Under the pieces are notes generated by a model that saw nothing but the letters and a program-made list of their open reading frames with translations, did no database searches and was not told the DNA's origin. From the NCBI GenBank assembly GCA_028023455.1, contig JAQFVV010000002.1, positions 9,734,001 to 9,798,000 of the forward strand: a stretch of 64,000 nucleotides of DNA, written 5' to 3'. Position numbers and translations under genes: made by a program. Shown one piece after another: positions 61,929 through 64,000 of this stretch. The DNA is from Epiperipatus broadwayi (lineage: Eukaryota; Animalia; Onychophora). How positions within the stretch are numbered: the first letter of the stretch is position 1; each line of letters opens with the position of its first letter.

Positions 61929-63608
61929 CTAAACTAGGATGTATTTTAAATCAAAAGATTATTAGAAGACTTATTAAAAATAATATTGATATTTACTCAT
62001 ATTAAGTTATTATAGATGCTGACACTTTGCATATTACTATTCTATATAGAACATATATTGTTTTATCATCAAATTCTAAAGGTAATTTTTGGGGGTTTTC
62101 TCACACTGGTCATGTAAAAATTGGTATTATATGAAATATCAAACAATATTAATTTTATATTATTTTTAAATGTTAACAGACAACACATTTGGTAATTTGA
62201 TATATTTACAAACACTAGCAATGAAATAAAGTTAAAACTGATAACATCCCAGAAAAGATATATAATTATCTGTATTAATTTAGGGTGAGAGGAGTCAGAC
62301 TGGCACAAAGTGGCTTTCAAAGAAACATTTTATAACAAGTTTGTTTTAAAGCAAGATGATTATTCCTATTTCAAAACTTTCTTAATATATATTGTAACAG
62401 GAATTACCGCTCCTTAAACTTTTCAAACTATCTATTTATTTATTTATACTTTTTTTTATTTTATAAAGCTCATCATATTGTTTTACAATATGATTTTTAG
62501 AAGAGACCCATTACTCAAGCAGAGGAATAAATATGACTAATAATTACATATCAATCATACTTCCAGTCAGACTACGATTTAATAAAAATATTAAACCAAC
62601 AGCCTCCTTTCCAGATTAAAGTAGCTCCCCGGCTGCATGAAACATCTCATGGACATATTTTGAATGGATTTAAACACAGGGAACCATCCAATACCTACAT
62701 TGGAACCCATGAAATGTCATTAACATGTTTCAAGCGCTTGACCCATGGCTAGTTCTTAACATGAGACCGACTACACCTTTACTTATATGAATGGAGAGAG
62801 AAACATAAAATGCCATTAATAATTTAAACAAATTTATTAAAAGATAATAATAAAACTAATAAAATATAAAACATCTAATGGATAGTATACACTTAATAAG
62901 TATGCATGCATATGGTTATGAACTTTATTTCAGATAAAATTTGTTTTTATAATGACATCAATAAAGTTACCTAGGATTTATACTCAGTTCTGATATTTAT
63001 TTGTTGTGCAAACACTGTCTCTGGTTTCATAGGTATTTTACGTAGTTTTTGGTTTTTGTATATGGGTTTACACAGCTTCTAGTTTTTCTTTGTATGTGGG
63101 TGATCACCCCTTTTTTCTCATATCCATTTAGTTTTCTCGGTCATGGTATTTGTAAATTAAAGCCAGCTTCTTGGTTTCTTGTTCTTGGTGTGTCTGGTTT
63201 ACTTAATTTGGTAGGATGGGTTGAAACATCAGCAGATAGACTAATTTACCATGGCATTTTTGCTAATGGCACATGGAAGATGAACGAAGTAAATGACCGA
63301 ACACCAGTGTTCGGTTCTAGCCACTCATTACTCAAACTCAACTAAAACTCACTAAAAACTGAAGACAATAGAGGATGTGCACCTTTTATATTAATCTGAC
63401 TCCACCCTTGCTCAAGTTTTAACCATGTTATCAATACATTTTACCTCAAAAAAAATTTTGATTAAAATTTACATTTCTATTTTATTTTCTGGTTTTCTAT
63501 TTTAATTAGAGAGATATTATTTAACTAATCAGTCTGGAATCTTAATCTTCAGAGCCTGATTAGTTTTGTACAAACTATTTCATTTAATCATAAGGACTTT
63601 TTATTTTT

Positions 63609-64000
63609 TTAATTAAAATATTTTTTAAAGAGTATTTTTGACAGATTATAAAATAAAAAGTATATAAAGTATTGGTCTTGTTGGTGTCCAGTGCATATGG
63701 ACCAAGCGCTGGATTTATGTAGATTAAACTCTAGTTTATATTCTGCTGAGTAGTTATTAAGAATTTTAATTAGTGTTGGAATTTGTTTTTTGGTGGGCAG
63801 AAAGACAGTAATATCATCCATGTATGCAACACATGTGACATTAGTCTTCATTGCGGGTATGAATATTCCAGTCATCTCACTTTCAATTGCTTTAAGGAGA
63901 GGATTAATATAAAAAGTGAATACTTTAAAGGAAAACCAGGTCCATTCCTGGGATTTCCATTCCATTTAAGCAACTCTGAAATGCGTTCACAGATACAAAG
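63609..64000 (-). mobile_element. Non-LTR retrotransposon RT fragment (L1/Tx1-like)
   Basis: ORF 63609-63965 reads FTFYINPLLKAI...VAYMDDITVFL...LEFNLHKS. Confidence 0.8.

Noticed and set aside
63296-63320. Helitron 3' end (hairpin + CTAG)
   Set aside because: The hairpin abuts CTAG rather than lying about 10 nt upstream, the next base is not T, and no 5' TC end or Rep/Hel sequence is evident.
7544-63345. Most ORF-track entries as host genes (for example 7544-7813, 20959-21288, 26138-26491, 27423-27737, 59799-60098, 63049-63345)
   Set aside because: They are antisense or off-frame shadows of TE sequence or low-complexity AT-rich ORFs, many with non-ATG starts, and show no recognisable domains.

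Overview
Very AT-rich eukaryotic (invertebrate-like) genomic DNA, mostly made of nested, decayed transposable elements. The only host gene I can support is a minus-strand SR-family RRM gene (SRSF3/SRSF7/Rbp1-like). Two short coding exons (51728-51855 and 30802-30879) splice in frame across a 20.8-kb intron; both are missed by the ORF track. The exon completing the RRM was not found in the window. The TE content is several families of Penelope-like elements (PLEs; RT plus GIY-YIG), RTE LINEs, fragments of a Ty3/gypsy element, pogo/Tigger and piggyBac-like derivatives, and four non-autonomous DNA elements with GGTAC-type termini (8-bp TSDs in two of them; Merlin-like). The most notable structure is RNA-level. 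PLE 3' tails carry minimal hammerhead ribozyme (HHR) motifs, one with an intact core at 1215-1277. One PLE family has a tRNA-like A-box/B-box module directly upstream of its HHR. This tRNA+HHR tail also occurs alone as short foldback insertions flanked by 11-bp and 17-bp target-site duplications. Boundaries of decayed elements are approximate and all family assignments are by eye from motifs, with no database search.
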